This document shows, one piece after another, positions 49,902-59,282 of a stretch of 64,000 nt of DNA. The stretch comes from a candidate division FCPU426 bacterium (GTDB lineage Bacteria; Oederibacteriota; Muellerivitia; Muellerivitales; Muellerivitaceae). How positions within the stretch are numbered: the stretch's first letter is position 1; each line of letters starts with the position of its first letter. Where the stretch lies: the NCBI GenBank assembly GCA_963771075.1, contig CAVYSE010000024.1:96001-160000 (forward strand). The letters run 5' to 3'. Under the pieces are notes generated by a model. It did not search any database. It had not been told where the DNA came from and was given only the letters and a program-made list of their open reading frames with translations. The position numbers were made by a program, and so were the translations under genes.

Positions 49902-50150
49902 ATGACATCCTGGCAACTTCAAGCCGCCAAGGCGCGGTTCAGCGAGCTGATCCGCACGGTTCAATCCAAAGGGCCCCAGGCCATCACCTTGCACGGCCGG
50001 GAACAGGCCGTTGTGATCTCCAAGAAAGAATACGACCGTTTGAAGGGCACCAAGCCCAATCTGGTGGACTTCTTCAAGAAATCACCCTTTTATGGGCTTG
50101 ATTTGAAGATTCAGCGCAACAAAAGCGTTAGCCGTAGGGTCGAATTTTGA
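49902..50150 (+). CDS. Phd/YefM-family antitoxin
   Basis: WQLQAAKARFSEL...GPQ.IT.HG...AVVIS. Confidence 0.88.
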   Translation: MTSWQLQAAKARFSELIRTVQSKGPQAITLHGREQAVVISKKEYDRLKGTKPNLVDFFKKSPFYGLDLKIQRNKSVSRRVEF

Positions 50151-50557
50151 GTTTCCTGCTCGACACCAATATTCTTTCCGAATTGATCAAAAAACATCCT
50201 GAACCCAAGGTGGTTCAATGGGTGTTGGAGAAGGGTTCGGACAGGCTGTGCATTAGCGTATTGACCCTGGGTGAAATCCGGAAGGGCATCGAAAGATTGG
50301 AGCCAAACCCCCGAAAGGCCAGGCTTCTTCAATACCTCGAAAGGGATATTCCGGCGCAATTTGAGGATAGGATCTTGGCCATTGATTCGCCGGTGGCTGA
50401 GGTCTGGGGCCATTTGGAATCCCAGGCGGGCCGCCCGCTCCCGACCGTTGACGCGCTCATTGCGGCCACGGCGATCGCGCACAATCTTGTCTTAGTGACC
50501 CGGAACACCAAGGATTTTAACTTTCCGAAATTGAAGTGCTTGAATCCTTGGGAATAG
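50147..50557 (+). CDS. vapC: VapC-family PIN toxin
   Basis: FLLDTNILSE, GEI..G, DALIAATA, LVTRN.KDF. Confidence 0.9.
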   Translation: MSFLLDTNILSELIKKHPEPKVVQWVLEKGSDRLCISVLTLGEIRKGIERLEPNPRKARLLQYLERDIPAQFEDRILAIDSPVAEVWGHLESQAGRPLPTVDALIAATAIAHNLVLVTRNTKDFNFPKLKCLNPWE

Positions 50558-50701
50558 AACCAAGGAGCCTGGCCTGCACATGACACGTTAGGCAGCGCCA
50601 GCCTCATAACGCCCCTTCTCCGGTATCACATGCCTCACCCCACCAACAACATCAGTCGACAGTCGGCAGTTCACAGTCTGCAGACAGACAAAAACCAAGG
50701 C

Positions 50702-51025
50702 TTAATAGCTACCTTTGGTCGGTATAACATGACGGACACCACCACGAGGATTCTCAACGTCACCTTTTCGTCGTGGAATCAGATGAATGTGTAGATGAAA
50801 GATGGTTTGCCCGGCTGTTAATCCCGCATTAGTTCCAACATTGAAACCCTCTACAGATGAATCCTTCTCCAAAATCCACTCTCTCCGCTTGGCCAGCACT
50901 TTTCCCGGCATCTGCTTGGTGATCTGCTCGTAATATTCCACCTGGCTGTCGTCGAATTTCAGTATTTCCCGGGCGATATCCTTGGCGGTTCGGGTGCCTT
51001 TGTTCTTTAGGAGGGCCATAAGCAT
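50702..51025 (-). pseudogene. Internally deleted HIT-domain gene (N-terminal helical piece fused to HIT C-terminus)
   Basis: C-terminal AGQTIFHLHIHLIPRR.GD..NPRGGVR; HIT N-terminal half missing. Confidence 0.6.
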
Positions 51026-51339
51026 GACTAGCCGATTCCCCTATGGAATCGGCACAACCAAGTCACACCCCTCGGCTTGAAGCCTCGGTGTAGGTGGGCT
51101 GTAGATATGGCTCATCTTCATTTCAGCGACGATGAACTTTTCCCCCATGCTCCTTTTAAAACAACCGGCAAAGGGCATGGGGACGTCCCTTTCTTCTGTG
51201 TTCCTATTTCAATTGGAGAGAAAGGGGTAAGGCGGGTGAAATCCATAGGTTCATTATAGATAAGGGATAGATAAACACTTAAAATCAATAAAATAAGCCA
51301 TATTTACATATATTTCACCATAATATATAATTTCAACAA

Positions 51340-52437
51340 ATGATGAAACTAATAGAACCAATGAAAAATTATGAAGATATGCTTAAAAATGCTGAGATCG
51401 TGATAAACCAGCGTTTTAAAGGCATTTTCAAGGCAACCATGTTTCTTCACAAACCTGAGCCAAACACTTTGGGCCCGGATTTGATTCTTCGTGTCGTGAA
51501 AAGCAATAACGCATTTAAAAACATCCTGTTTGAAGTGAAAGCCAACGGCCAGCCCAGGGAAGCACGGCAAGTCATAAACCAAATCCAAAAATACATTCAT
51601 CAGGGTTATGAGAATCCCTATGGGGTCATGATCGCCCCTTATATCTCCGACCAGACGGCCGAGATATGCCGGGAGGCGGGCATCGGCATTCTGGATTTCG
51701 CGGGGAATTGCAGGCTCGCTTTTGACGATGTTTTTATTGAGACGAAAGGGGCTTCCAACCCTTTCGCGAAAGGCCGGAATTTACTCACGCTTTATTATCC
51801 AAAATCCACCCGTATCCTCAGGGTCCTTTTAAATAACGCTCAAAAAAACTGGAAGATGCAGGATCTTGCCCGCGAGGCGAACGTAAGCTTGGGCCAGGTT
51901 TCAAACGTAAAAAATCTATTGGATTCCCGCGAGTGGGTATCCGTGACCAAAGAAGGTTTGCGATTGGCCCGGCCGAAAGAACTTTTAGAGGAATGGGCCG
52001 GCCGATATGAGTTCAATGAAGTGAATCATTTCGAGCGTTTTTACACCCTTCAATCCTTCGAGGAATCAATGAAGAAATTGTCGGGAAATGAATTGGGATC
52101 GCGGATTCTCAACTATTCGAACAGGTTCGCGTTGACGGGTTTTTCAGGATCGAATCTGTTGTTCCCCTATATCCGCAGCAAAACGATCAGTCTTTATGTG
52201 GATGATGTCGATTTTTGGGTACCTCGTTTAGGACTCAAACGGGTTGAAAGCGGGGAGAATGTCTTTTTGATTAGGCCTTATGACGAAGGCGTTTTCTACG
52301 GGGCCAAAAATGAAAAGGGCGTCCCCGTGGTATCGACGATCCAGTTGTACCTGGATTTGAAAACATCCGGAGGGCGAGGGGAAGACGCGGCGGAAACTTT
52401 ATTAAAGGAAGTCATCGAAAAACAATGGCAACTATAG
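51340..52437 (+). CDS. AbiEi-like (type IV TA) antitoxin/regulator
   Basis: APYIS......C...GI..LD.AGN, HTH (DLAREANVSLGQVS), QLYLDL...GGRGEDAA. Confidence 0.72.
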   Translation: MMKLIEPMKNYEDMLKNAEIVINQRFKGIFKATMFLHKPEPNTLGPDLILRVVKSNNAFKNILFEVKANGQPREARQVINQIQKYIHQGYENPYGVMIAPYISDQTAEICREAGIGILDFAGNCRLAFDDVFIETKGASNPFAKGRNLLTLYYPKSTRILRVLLNNAQKNWKMQDLAREANVSLGQVSNVKNLLDSREWVSVTKEGLRLARPKELLEEWAGRYEFNEVNHFERFYTLQSFEESMKKLSGNELGSRILNYSNRFALTGFSGSNLLFPYIRSKTISLYVDDVDFWVPRLGLKRVESGENVFLIRPYDEGVFYGAKNEKGVPVVSTIQLYLDLKTSGGRGEDAAETLLKEVIEKQWQL

Positions 52438-53243
52438 ATGATTATTCACAAGACGCGGTTGAGGCGGCACGGTCTGTATTGATTGAGTGCGGCCATTTAT
52501 TGGGAGAATACCGGGAAAGCGTCGTTTTAGTGGGAGGCTGGGTACCCGCATTCATCCTGCCGGGCGCCCAAGAAGACCATATCGGCAGTACCGATGTTGA
52601 TTTGGCGTTGGACCACCGCAGCCTCCAAGACGCGGGCTATCAAAAGATCGAGAAACTTCTCTTAGGCGCGGGATATGCAAAGACCGACCAGCCTTTCAGG
52701 TTCTTAAAGACGGTGAAAGGGATGCCGGTTTATGTTGATCTTCTCGCGGGCGAATATTCGGGCACGGGAAAGAAGAAACGACATCAGCAAATCCAGGATT
52801 TAAAAGCCCGGAAGGCGCGTGGATGTGATTTGGCGTTTAAAAATCCGGTTGAAATCAGGATCGATGGAACCCTTCCATCGGGAGACCTGGATTCGGTGCG
52901 AATACGGGTGGCTTCCGTTGTGAGTTTTATCGTCATGAAAGGGATGGCGTTGGCCGGCCGCATGAAGCCTAAGGATTCATACGACATTTATTTTTGCGTG
53001 ACCCAATATCCAGGCGGGTTCACTGGCCTCGCCGCCGAATTTAAAGAACTGGCGAAGCATCCGCTGGTCCTAGAGGCGTTGGGGAACATACGGGACAAAT
53101 TTTCAACGGATCGACATGTTGGCCCCATCCAAGTATCCCAATCCTATGACGCGGGTGACGAAGAAATGGAAAGAATTAGGCGTGATGCCTTTGAAAAGAT
53201 TAACGCGTTTCTGGATTTGGTTGATGGAATGAAGCTGGATTGA
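52425..53243 (+). CDS. AbiEii-like nucleotidyltransferase
   Basis: VLVGGW...H.GSTDVD, MKG.A...R.K.KDSYDI. Confidence 0.72.
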   Translation: MATIDDYSQDAVEAARSVLIECGHLLGEYRESVVLVGGWVPAFILPGAQEDHIGSTDVDLALDHRSLQDAGYQKIEKLLLGAGYAKTDQPFRFLKTVKGMPVYVDLLAGEYSGTGKKKRHQQIQDLKARKARGCDLAFKNPVEIRIDGTLPSGDLDSVRIRVASVVSFIVMKGMALAGRMKPKDSYDIYFCVTQYPGGFTGLAAEFKELAKHPLVLEALGNIRDKFSTDRHVGPIQVSQSYDAGDEEMERIRRDAFEKINAFLDLVDGMKLD

Positions 53244-53281
53244 TCGGGAAACAATCACTTCCGAGGGTAAAGGGGGTAACC

Positions 53282-53467
53282 ATGCCGAAAACAAAAGTAA
53301 AGGCGGATATCTACAAAATCCTCTCGCGGGCCGTAGGGGAGGGAATCACTTACGGCTGGAACCGGGCCCACAAGCATACGGACAATCCCAACGAAGAAAC
53401 GATCAAGGATGAGATTGAAAGAGCCGTCATGAACGAGATATGTGAGGTCATCAAGACCGACTCATAG
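53282..53467 (+). CDS. Small hypothetical protein (copy A)
   Basis: Paralog at 55213-55398 with largely synonymous/conservative differences (YGWNRAHKHTDNPNEE). Confidence 0.65.
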   Translation: MPKTKVKADIYKILSRAVGEGITYGWNRAHKHTDNPNEETIKDEIERAVMNEICEVIKTDS

Positions 53468-53672
53468 GAACCCCCGCAAGGTGGGGAACATCCGCATCTT
53501 GCCCTGGGCGGTCTTTTTAGAAGAGCTCTGGTCGGGGAAGTTGATGAAGTGAGTGTGTTGAACTCTTTGCGAAGGGGCCAATCCCCCTTGGAAAGATCAT
53601 AATCCGGTGGACCTGTAACCTTTTTGGGTGGGCGGGAGTAAATCCCATCATCAAATCCTGATAGGGAGTTCC

Positions 53673-54320
53673 ATGAAAAAAAGCGCGGTTTTGAGCCTCG
53701 GCGTCATTTGCTTTTTCCTATTGGGTACAAGGGGGTCTCTCATGGCGGAATCAACGGCCAACCAGGTGGCGGACAAGGCGGCAGACGTGCGTCCCCTCCA
53801 GGTGGGGGCCGTGATCCCGGACGGTGCGCTTCTTTCCCTCGGGGGAGGGAAGGTGGAATTCAAGAAACTGGCCGAACAAAAACCATCCGTGGTGATCTTT
53901 TATCGGGGCGGATGGTGCCCCTATTGCAACCTCCAGATGGGGCAGTTGGTCAAGATCGAGCCCCAACTCGCGCTCATGGGATACCAGGTGCTGGCCATCA
54001 GCCCCGACCAGCCGTCGAAACTGAAGGAAAGCCTGGACAAGCACCGGATCAATTACACCCTGCTTTCGGATAGTTCACTCGAGCTCGCCCGGAAATTCGG
54101 GTTGGCCTACCAGGTAAGCCCGGAGATCCTGGGCAAGATGAAAAGCTTCGGGGTGGACCTGGATGGGGCCACCGGCAACCACCTCCATCAGCTGCCCGTA
54201 CCCGCGGCTTATGTGGTGGACCGGAATGGGGTCATTCGTTTCGCGTATTTCAACCCGGACATCAAGGTGCGTGTGAACCCGGACGAATTATTGAAGGCGG
54301 CCAAGGAAGCCATCCGGTGA
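53673..54320 (+). CDS. Exported peroxiredoxin-like (AhpC/TSA) protein
   Basis: Signal peptide; FYRGGWCPYC, AISPD, LPVPA. Confidence 0.88.
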   Translation: MKKSAVLSLGVICFFLLGTRGSLMAESTANQVADKAADVRPLQVGAVIPDGALLSLGGGKVEFKKLAEQKPSVVIFYRGGWCPYCNLQMGQLVKIEPQLALMGYQVLAISPDQPSKLKESLDKHRINYTLLSDSSLELARKFGLAYQVSPEILGKMKSFGVDLDGATGNHLHQLPVPAAYVVDRNGVIRFAYFNPDIKVRVNPDELLKAAKEAIR

Positions 54321-54437
54321 AACCAGTCGACAGCAAAACACCAGTCAACAGTCGACAGCCCTTCGGCGGTGCTCAGGGCAGGCCGGCACGGAAACTCTAA
54401 ACAGTTCTTGCTGCCAATTAGCCGTCGTGCCCCGACG

Positions 54438-54790
54438 TTTAATTGGCAACAAGAAATACACCCTTCAAAAGACCCTTTAAAACGATGGTCGCCCGGCGAC
54501 TGTTAAAAATAAGGGTTTTCGCATGGATGGTTATGGGACCAATACCACCACAAAAACAGGGGTTTTAATTAGCGGCTACGCCGCTAATTAAAATAAGGGA
54601 ATTTGGCACCTTCTGAGAAAGGCCTGGGCTTGCTGCCGATTTTGAGAATCAGTTCGAAGTCGGCAGTCCACAGTCGGCAGGGAAGACCAAAAAGCCAGCT
54701 GACAGCCCGTAGTTCGCAGCCGACAAGGACAGGCTAAACAGACCTCGTTGCCAATTTTGTTCCCAGTAGGGATTTAATTGGCAACAAGAA
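54438..54790 (+). repeat. ~353-bp non-coding repeat, copy 2
   Basis: Matches 47067-47420. Confidence 0.85.
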
Positions 54791-54812
54791 TCACTCCACA
54801 TCTAAAACAAGG

Positions 54813-55198
54813 TGCGATAAGGACTGGGTGATGCTTTACGCGTGTTTTCAAATCCTGGTGGACTTCATCGAGAAGGAAAAACCACAGAAGATCGTGGATT
54901 ACGATCACGACGCATACCATCGGAAACAATGGAAAGAGCTACAGATCCTCGATAAATATTGGAAGGTGGATCGGCCCCGGTTGCAAAAGGAAGAAGAAAA
55001 GGCGCTTAAAAAAAATGGGCCAAGACCTATAAGGATACCTGGGTGCCCGAACCTGATGGCAGGTCCTCGCTGCATGTTGTGTTGCATGAGGATAAAAGAG
55101 CCGGCGCCTATCATCGGAAACTTGAGGACAAGATCCGCACCATGGACGATAAAATGCTTCATCGCCTTATCGACATAAGGCACCCTTTGTGGTGCTGA
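54813..55198 (+). pseudogene. Truncated, frameshifted hypothetical (phage-like) gene
   Basis: CDKDWVMLYACFQILVDFIEKE...; after the A-run at ~55008-55016 another frame continues ..DDKMLHRLIDIRHPLWC*. Confidence 0.5.
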
Positions 55199-55212
55199 TT
55201 GGGAGGAAAACC

Positions 55213-55398
55213 ATGCCGAAAGTTAAATTAAAGGCTGATATCTACAAGATCATATCGCGAGCCGTAGAGGGGGGAATTGCTTACGGCTGGAACCGCGCCC
55301 ACAAACACACAGATAACCCTAATGAAGAATCAATCAAAGAAGAGATCGAAAAAGCCGTCATGAATGAGATTTGTGCCGTCATCAAAATAGACTCATAG
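55213..55398 (+). CDS. Small hypothetical protein (copy B)
   Basis: GGAGG RBS; paralog of 53282-53467. Confidence 0.65.
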   Translation: MPKVKLKADIYKIISRAVEGGIAYGWNRAHKHTDNPNEESIKEEIEKAVMNEICAVIKIDS

Positions 55399-55501
55399 GC
55401 CCCCTGCAAAAGAACCTCTCTTCTAAAAACATCAATAAATCATAATATTGATGCTATAATATATCATCAAATAGTAGCTAATAATGATGATGGGGGCAGA
55501 T

Positions 55502-55735
55502 GTGCGAACAACCATTACGGTCGAGGATGGGGTGATGGAAAAGCTGATGAAATACACCAAATCCAAGACACAAACGGAAGCGGTGAACCGCGCCTTGGCG
55601 GACTGGGTTCAAAACCAGAAGCTGGAGAAATTAAGATCGCTGCGGGGAAAGCTTTCTATCGATGATAACTGGGAATCGTTGCGCGCGTTGGAAATTCAAG
55701 AAAACAAGGCGACCTATGGCAAGCGTTCTCGTTGA
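55502..55735 (+). CDS. vapB: VapB-family antitoxin
   Basis: RTTITVED..M..L......T.TEAVN.AL; overlaps the PIN gene. Confidence 0.8.
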   Translation: MRTTITVEDGVMEKLMKYTKSKTQTEAVNRALADWVQNQKLEKLRSLRGKLSIDDNWESLRALEIQENKATYGKRSR

Positions 55736-56222
55736 TACTTCGGTATGGGTGGACTATTTCCGCAAGGGTGAAAGCCCGGCCGCTCTCCTGCTGGACCTGC
55801 TGATAAAAGAAAAAATGGCGGTTCTTTGCGGGATCGTGGAATTAGAACTTCTTCAAGGCGTGCGGCCCTCTGAAAAAGAGCCCCTGCAAGAGCTTTTGAC
55901 CGCCCTCCCCTATGTTGAAACCGAAAGAACCGATTTTCAAAAGGCCGGGGACTTGTTGCGCGAATTAAAGGCCAAGGGTGTCCAGATCCCCGCGACGGAT
56001 GGGATGATTGCCGCCCTTTGCGTACGCCACAGACTCTCGCTGCTCACTTTAGACAAGCATTTCGACCATTTTCCCGACGTTAAAAAGATAAATATCGATG
56101 ACCATCATTGGAAAGCCATGCAGGAAGAGGCCGCGCCCTACGCCCTCGCCAAAGGCGTGAGGACTGAGCAGGATGTGGAAAAACTGATTCGGAAGAACCG
56201 AAACCCTAAGCGCCCTTCATAG
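55716..56222 (+). CDS. vapC: VapC-family PIN toxin with C-terminal extension
   Basis: VLVDTSVWVD, ELLQG, D.MIAA, TLDKHF. Confidence 0.85.
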   Translation: MASVLVDTSVWVDYFRKGESPAALLLDLLIKEKMAVLCGIVELELLQGVRPSEKEPLQELLTALPYVETERTDFQKAGDLLRELKAKGVQIPATDGMIAALCVRHRLSLLTLDKHFDHFPDVKKINIDDHHWKAMQEEAAPYALAKGVRTEQDVEKLIRKNRNPKRPS

Positions 56223-56296
56223 ACAGCCATTAACCTTTAGCTCTTAGCTTTTAGCCGAAATTAAGCCACCCATTAATAAAATGACTCAGGATGGAA

Positions 56297-56992
56297 ATGC
56301 CCGAACAGATTCTTCTCCAAGATTTAAAGATCGAAGTAACCCTGAAGAACATCCGGAACATGCACTTGCGGGTATACCCGCCGGACGGGCAGGTGCGGGT
56401 CACGGCCCCCATCCGCATGGACCCCGAAAAGATCCGCAAGTTCGCCCTGTCCAAGCTCGAATGGATCAAGCGCCAGCAAAAACGCATCCGGGAAGGGGGC
56501 TGGGCGGCCCCGCCGGAATACAAGGAAGGCGAGAGCCATTTCGTTTGGGGGAAGGCCTATCCGCTGCAGGTGGGGGAGGGCGGGGGGCGGAACCGGGTGG
56601 AATTACGGGATGACCGGCTGGTCCTGCGGGTTCGAAAGGGCGCGGGAGCGCGCAAGAAAAAGGCCCTGGTCGCCGGGTGGCACAAGGAACTGGTGAAGAC
56701 TGCCGTGCCTCCCCTGGTCGCCAAGTGGGAACCTCGGGTGGGGGTTCAAGTGAAGGGCGTCTCCGTGCGGCACATGAAAACCCGATGGGGAAGCTGCCAC
56801 ACCCAAAAAGGCACGATCCGCTTGAACGCCGGCCTGGCCCAAAAGCCCTTCGACTGCCTGGAATACGTGGTGGTGCACGAAATGGTTCACCTGCTGGAAC
56901 CCTCCCATAACGCCCGCTTCAAGGCCCTGATGGGGAAGTTCATGCCGCAATGGAAGAACTTTAGGAAGCAGCTAAAAGCAGTTGGCAGGTGA
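56297..56992 (+). CDS. M48/YgjP (DUF45) family metalloprotein
   Basis: MKTRWGSC, YVVVHEMVHL.E..H...F. Confidence 0.88.
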   Translation: MPEQILLQDLKIEVTLKNIRNMHLRVYPPDGQVRVTAPIRMDPEKIRKFALSKLEWIKRQQKRIREGGWAAPPEYKEGESHFVWGKAYPLQVGEGGGRNRVELRDDRLVLRVRKGAGARKKKALVAGWHKELVKTAVPPLVAKWEPRVGVQVKGVSVRHMKTRWGSCHTQKGTIRLNAGLAQKPFDCLEYVVVHEMVHLLEPSHNARFKALMGKFMPQWKNFRKQLKAVGR

Positions 56993-57148
56993 CAGTCGAC
57001 GGTCGACAGGAACAACCACTAAAGACTGTCCACAGTCGACAGTCCACAGTCGACAGTCCGCAGTTGGCAGGGAAACAAAAACAAACAACCCGAAGTCGAC
57101 GGTCGACTAATGTTTTGCTGTCGACTGTGGACTGCCGACTGTCGACTG
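56990..57148. repeat. Heptamer (GTCGACA/GTCCACA-type) tandem arrays in inverted arrangement
   Basis: GTCCACAGTCGACAGTCCACAGTCGACAG ... CTGTCGACTGTGGACTGCCGACTGTCGAC between convergent genes. Confidence 0.75.
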
Positions 57149-57153
57149 CTTTT

Positions 57154-58023
57154 CTAGAAACTCATTTCCACCGACAGTCCCCCGTCCACGCCCGAGTAGT
57201 CCAAGTTGGCGTAGCGGAACTCGCCGGGGATGGAATCAATGGCCCCGTTGGGCACCGGCACAATCTCGTTGTAGCCCGCGCCCGTGTTAAAGACCGCCAG
57301 CGAATAGGGGCCTTTCGTTTTCAGGTCCTCGTAATAGCCGGAAAGATCCGAAGCCTGGATCCTCGAAAAATTCACGTAACGCCCCCGCACGAACAGGTCC
57401 AGGCCGAAGGTGGGGCTGATTTGCACCTGTTCGCAAAGGCCCACCGTGCCGCCGGCCGTATCCCCCGTCAAGGCGCCGTTGATGGCGACCCCCTGCTGGG
57501 CGGGGTTGGAATAGGTCACGTTGTCAGAGTAGTCCACGATGGCGTGGTAGTAGCCCGCTCCCAGGGAAAGGGTGGTGCGGTTTCCGGGGCCCTGGAGGAT
57601 GTCGAAGGAGTATTCGAGGGACAGGTCCGCCAGGTTGGGGCCGATCAACTGGTAGGAATCGCTGGTGGCGCTGTGTTGGGCGAAGGTATCCGCCTGGGAG
57701 GAAATCACCTCGAAGTGCAGGGAAAGTTCGCTGGAATCATCCAGCCTCCTGCCCCAGGCCGCCCCCAGCAGGATGCCGCTGTTGTCGGTACTGACCCCCA
57801 CGGTGGAACCCAGGCTTTGGTAATAGGCCCCCATGGATTTGACGCTCGTGAGGATGTCCCCAAACATGGAATAGTCGTATCCCCCGTAGAGGCTGAAGGA
57901 ATCGTTTCCACTTGAAAAGAGGTCGGCGGAATAGCCTTTATCCAACGCGGGCTTGGCGGACGCCAGCGCCGGCAGGATCAGAAACCAAAGGGCCCAGGCG
58001 AAAAACAGCGGATGCTTTATCAT
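57154..58023 (-). CDS. Outer-membrane beta-barrel protein
   Basis: Signal peptide (ASA), alternating beta-strands, C-terminal Phe. Confidence 0.7.
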   Translation of the reverse strand: MIKHPLFFAWALWFLILPALASAKPALDKGYSADLFSSGNDSFSLYGGYDYSMFGDILTSVKSMGAYYQSLGSTVGVSTDNSGILLGAAWGRRLDDSSELSLHFEVISSQADTFAQHSATSDSYQLIGPNLADLSLEYSFDILQGPGNRTTLSLGAGYYHAIVDYSDNVTYSNPAQQGVAINGALTGDTAGGTVGLCEQVQISPTFGLDLFVRGRYVNFSRIQASDLSGYYEDLKTKGPYSLAVFNTGAGYNEIVPVPNGAIDSIPGEFRYANLDYSGVDGGLSVEMSF

Positions 58024-58119
58024 TATTTAGCTCCCCTAAAAATGATGAATGACCGGCTCTTCTAAATAGCGGAAAAGGGAGCGAAAAAGAAAGGGGGTGG
58101 GGAAATAAACCAGTCCGAA

Positions 58120-58425
58120 GTTGGCCCCTATTGCCATAGCAATAGGGATTACCAAATCACACCACTCGGCTTGTGGCCTCGTGGTAGGTGGCCCCTATTG
58201 CCATAGCAATAGGGATTACCAAATCACACCACTACCAACTGCCATTGGCAGTTGGTACAACCAAATCCCAGCCCTCACCTGGTTGGTTCGGGACAGGTGT
58301 CGGCTTGTCCCAATCGTTTGTACCGATTGGGATCACCAAGTCTACCTCTCACCTTGAAGGTTCGAGGAAGGTATTGGCTCGGGACAGTTGGCCCCTATTG
58401 CCATAGCAATAGGGATTACCAAACC
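58120..58425. repeat. Cluster of REP-like palindromes
   Basis: TGGCCCCTATTGCCATAGCAATAGGGATTACCAAA three times (~58122, ~58189, ~58389) interleaved with other hairpins. Confidence 0.8.
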
Positions 58426-58712
58426 TCGTTGTTCGCCTTGTAGGCTCACAACAGGTTACAGTCCACAGGGAAACTACTAGAACCAGCCGACAGGGAAGGC
58501 TCAAAAGCATTACCCGGATCAGCGCCCAAAATCTTGAAGCCCAGATCGACGGGGTAGCGGCCAAAAGGTTCGGTCGGCCTTCATTAAATCCAAATAAAAT
58601 GATTGGGGCAGTCTTGAATACGCCATCATCAGCCAATATAGTTTCGCTCAATCGAAATCGACCCTGGCCTTAAGGGTTCCTTTTCGAGAATCTTTCGAAC
58701 CACTAGGGCCGT

Positions 58713-59270
58713 ATGAAAATACGACATGGGCTTCTTCTCCTGATCCTCCTTTCCGGCGGTCCGTTGCGGGCGGAGCCCGCCGCGTCCCCCACCCCTTCCC
58801 CCCGGACCTTCTATTTGGAGCTGGGCGAGGGCATGGACCTGCCCGTGAACGGCTGGCAAAGCGCCTATTCCCTCGCTCCTGATTTCAAGTTCGCCGCGGG
58901 TTATGCCCTGGACCCCCATTGGGCGATCCAACTGGACCTGTCCACCGCCCTTTTCTTCGGGATTAACGCCACGGGGCGGATCAGCGACCAGGAAGTCCTG
59001 GTCCTCCCCATGATCCGTTATCAATTCGAGGGTGATCCCTTCCGGCCCTATCTCTTGGCGGGCTTCGGCGGGGAATTCGAGCTTCTTTCGAGCCCGCCTT
59101 CCGGCGCGACCGTTGCCGATTTCGACGGGGCGCTCGGCGCGGGCGTTGAGACGACCCTGTATCGGGGGTTCTCCCTTTTCGTGGAAGGAAAATATAACTG
59201 GATCTTTTCCTCCAAGGTGGCCGGCCAAGACCTGCCGCTGTGGGTGGGCGTTCACGGGGATATGGATTAA
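58713..59270 (+). CDS. Small outer-membrane beta-barrel protein
   Basis: Signal peptide; RPYLLAGFG, LGAGVE, LFVEGKY. Confidence 0.72.
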   Translation: MKIRHGLLLLILLSGGPLRAEPAASPTPSPRTFYLELGEGMDLPVNGWQSAYSLAPDFKFAAGYALDPHWAIQLDLSTALFFGINATGRISDQEVLVLPMIRYQFEGDPFRPYLLAGFGGEFELLSSPPSGATVADFDGALGAGVETTLYRGFSLFVEGKYNWIFSSKVAGQDLPLWVGVHGDMD

Positions 59271-59282
59271 AGGAGACCGGAC

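Noticed and set aside
43285..50600. Integron attC sites suggested by GTTAGG cores
   Set aside because: I could not find matching RYYYAAC inverse cores with L boxes upstream, and there is no intI; the GTTAGG is part of the 33-bp motif. IntegronFinder would settle it.
58120..58425. Mini-CRISPR from three ~35-bp palindromic repeats
   Set aside because: Spacing is irregular (about 67 and 200 bp) and the intervening DNA is made of other repeat families found elsewhere in the window.
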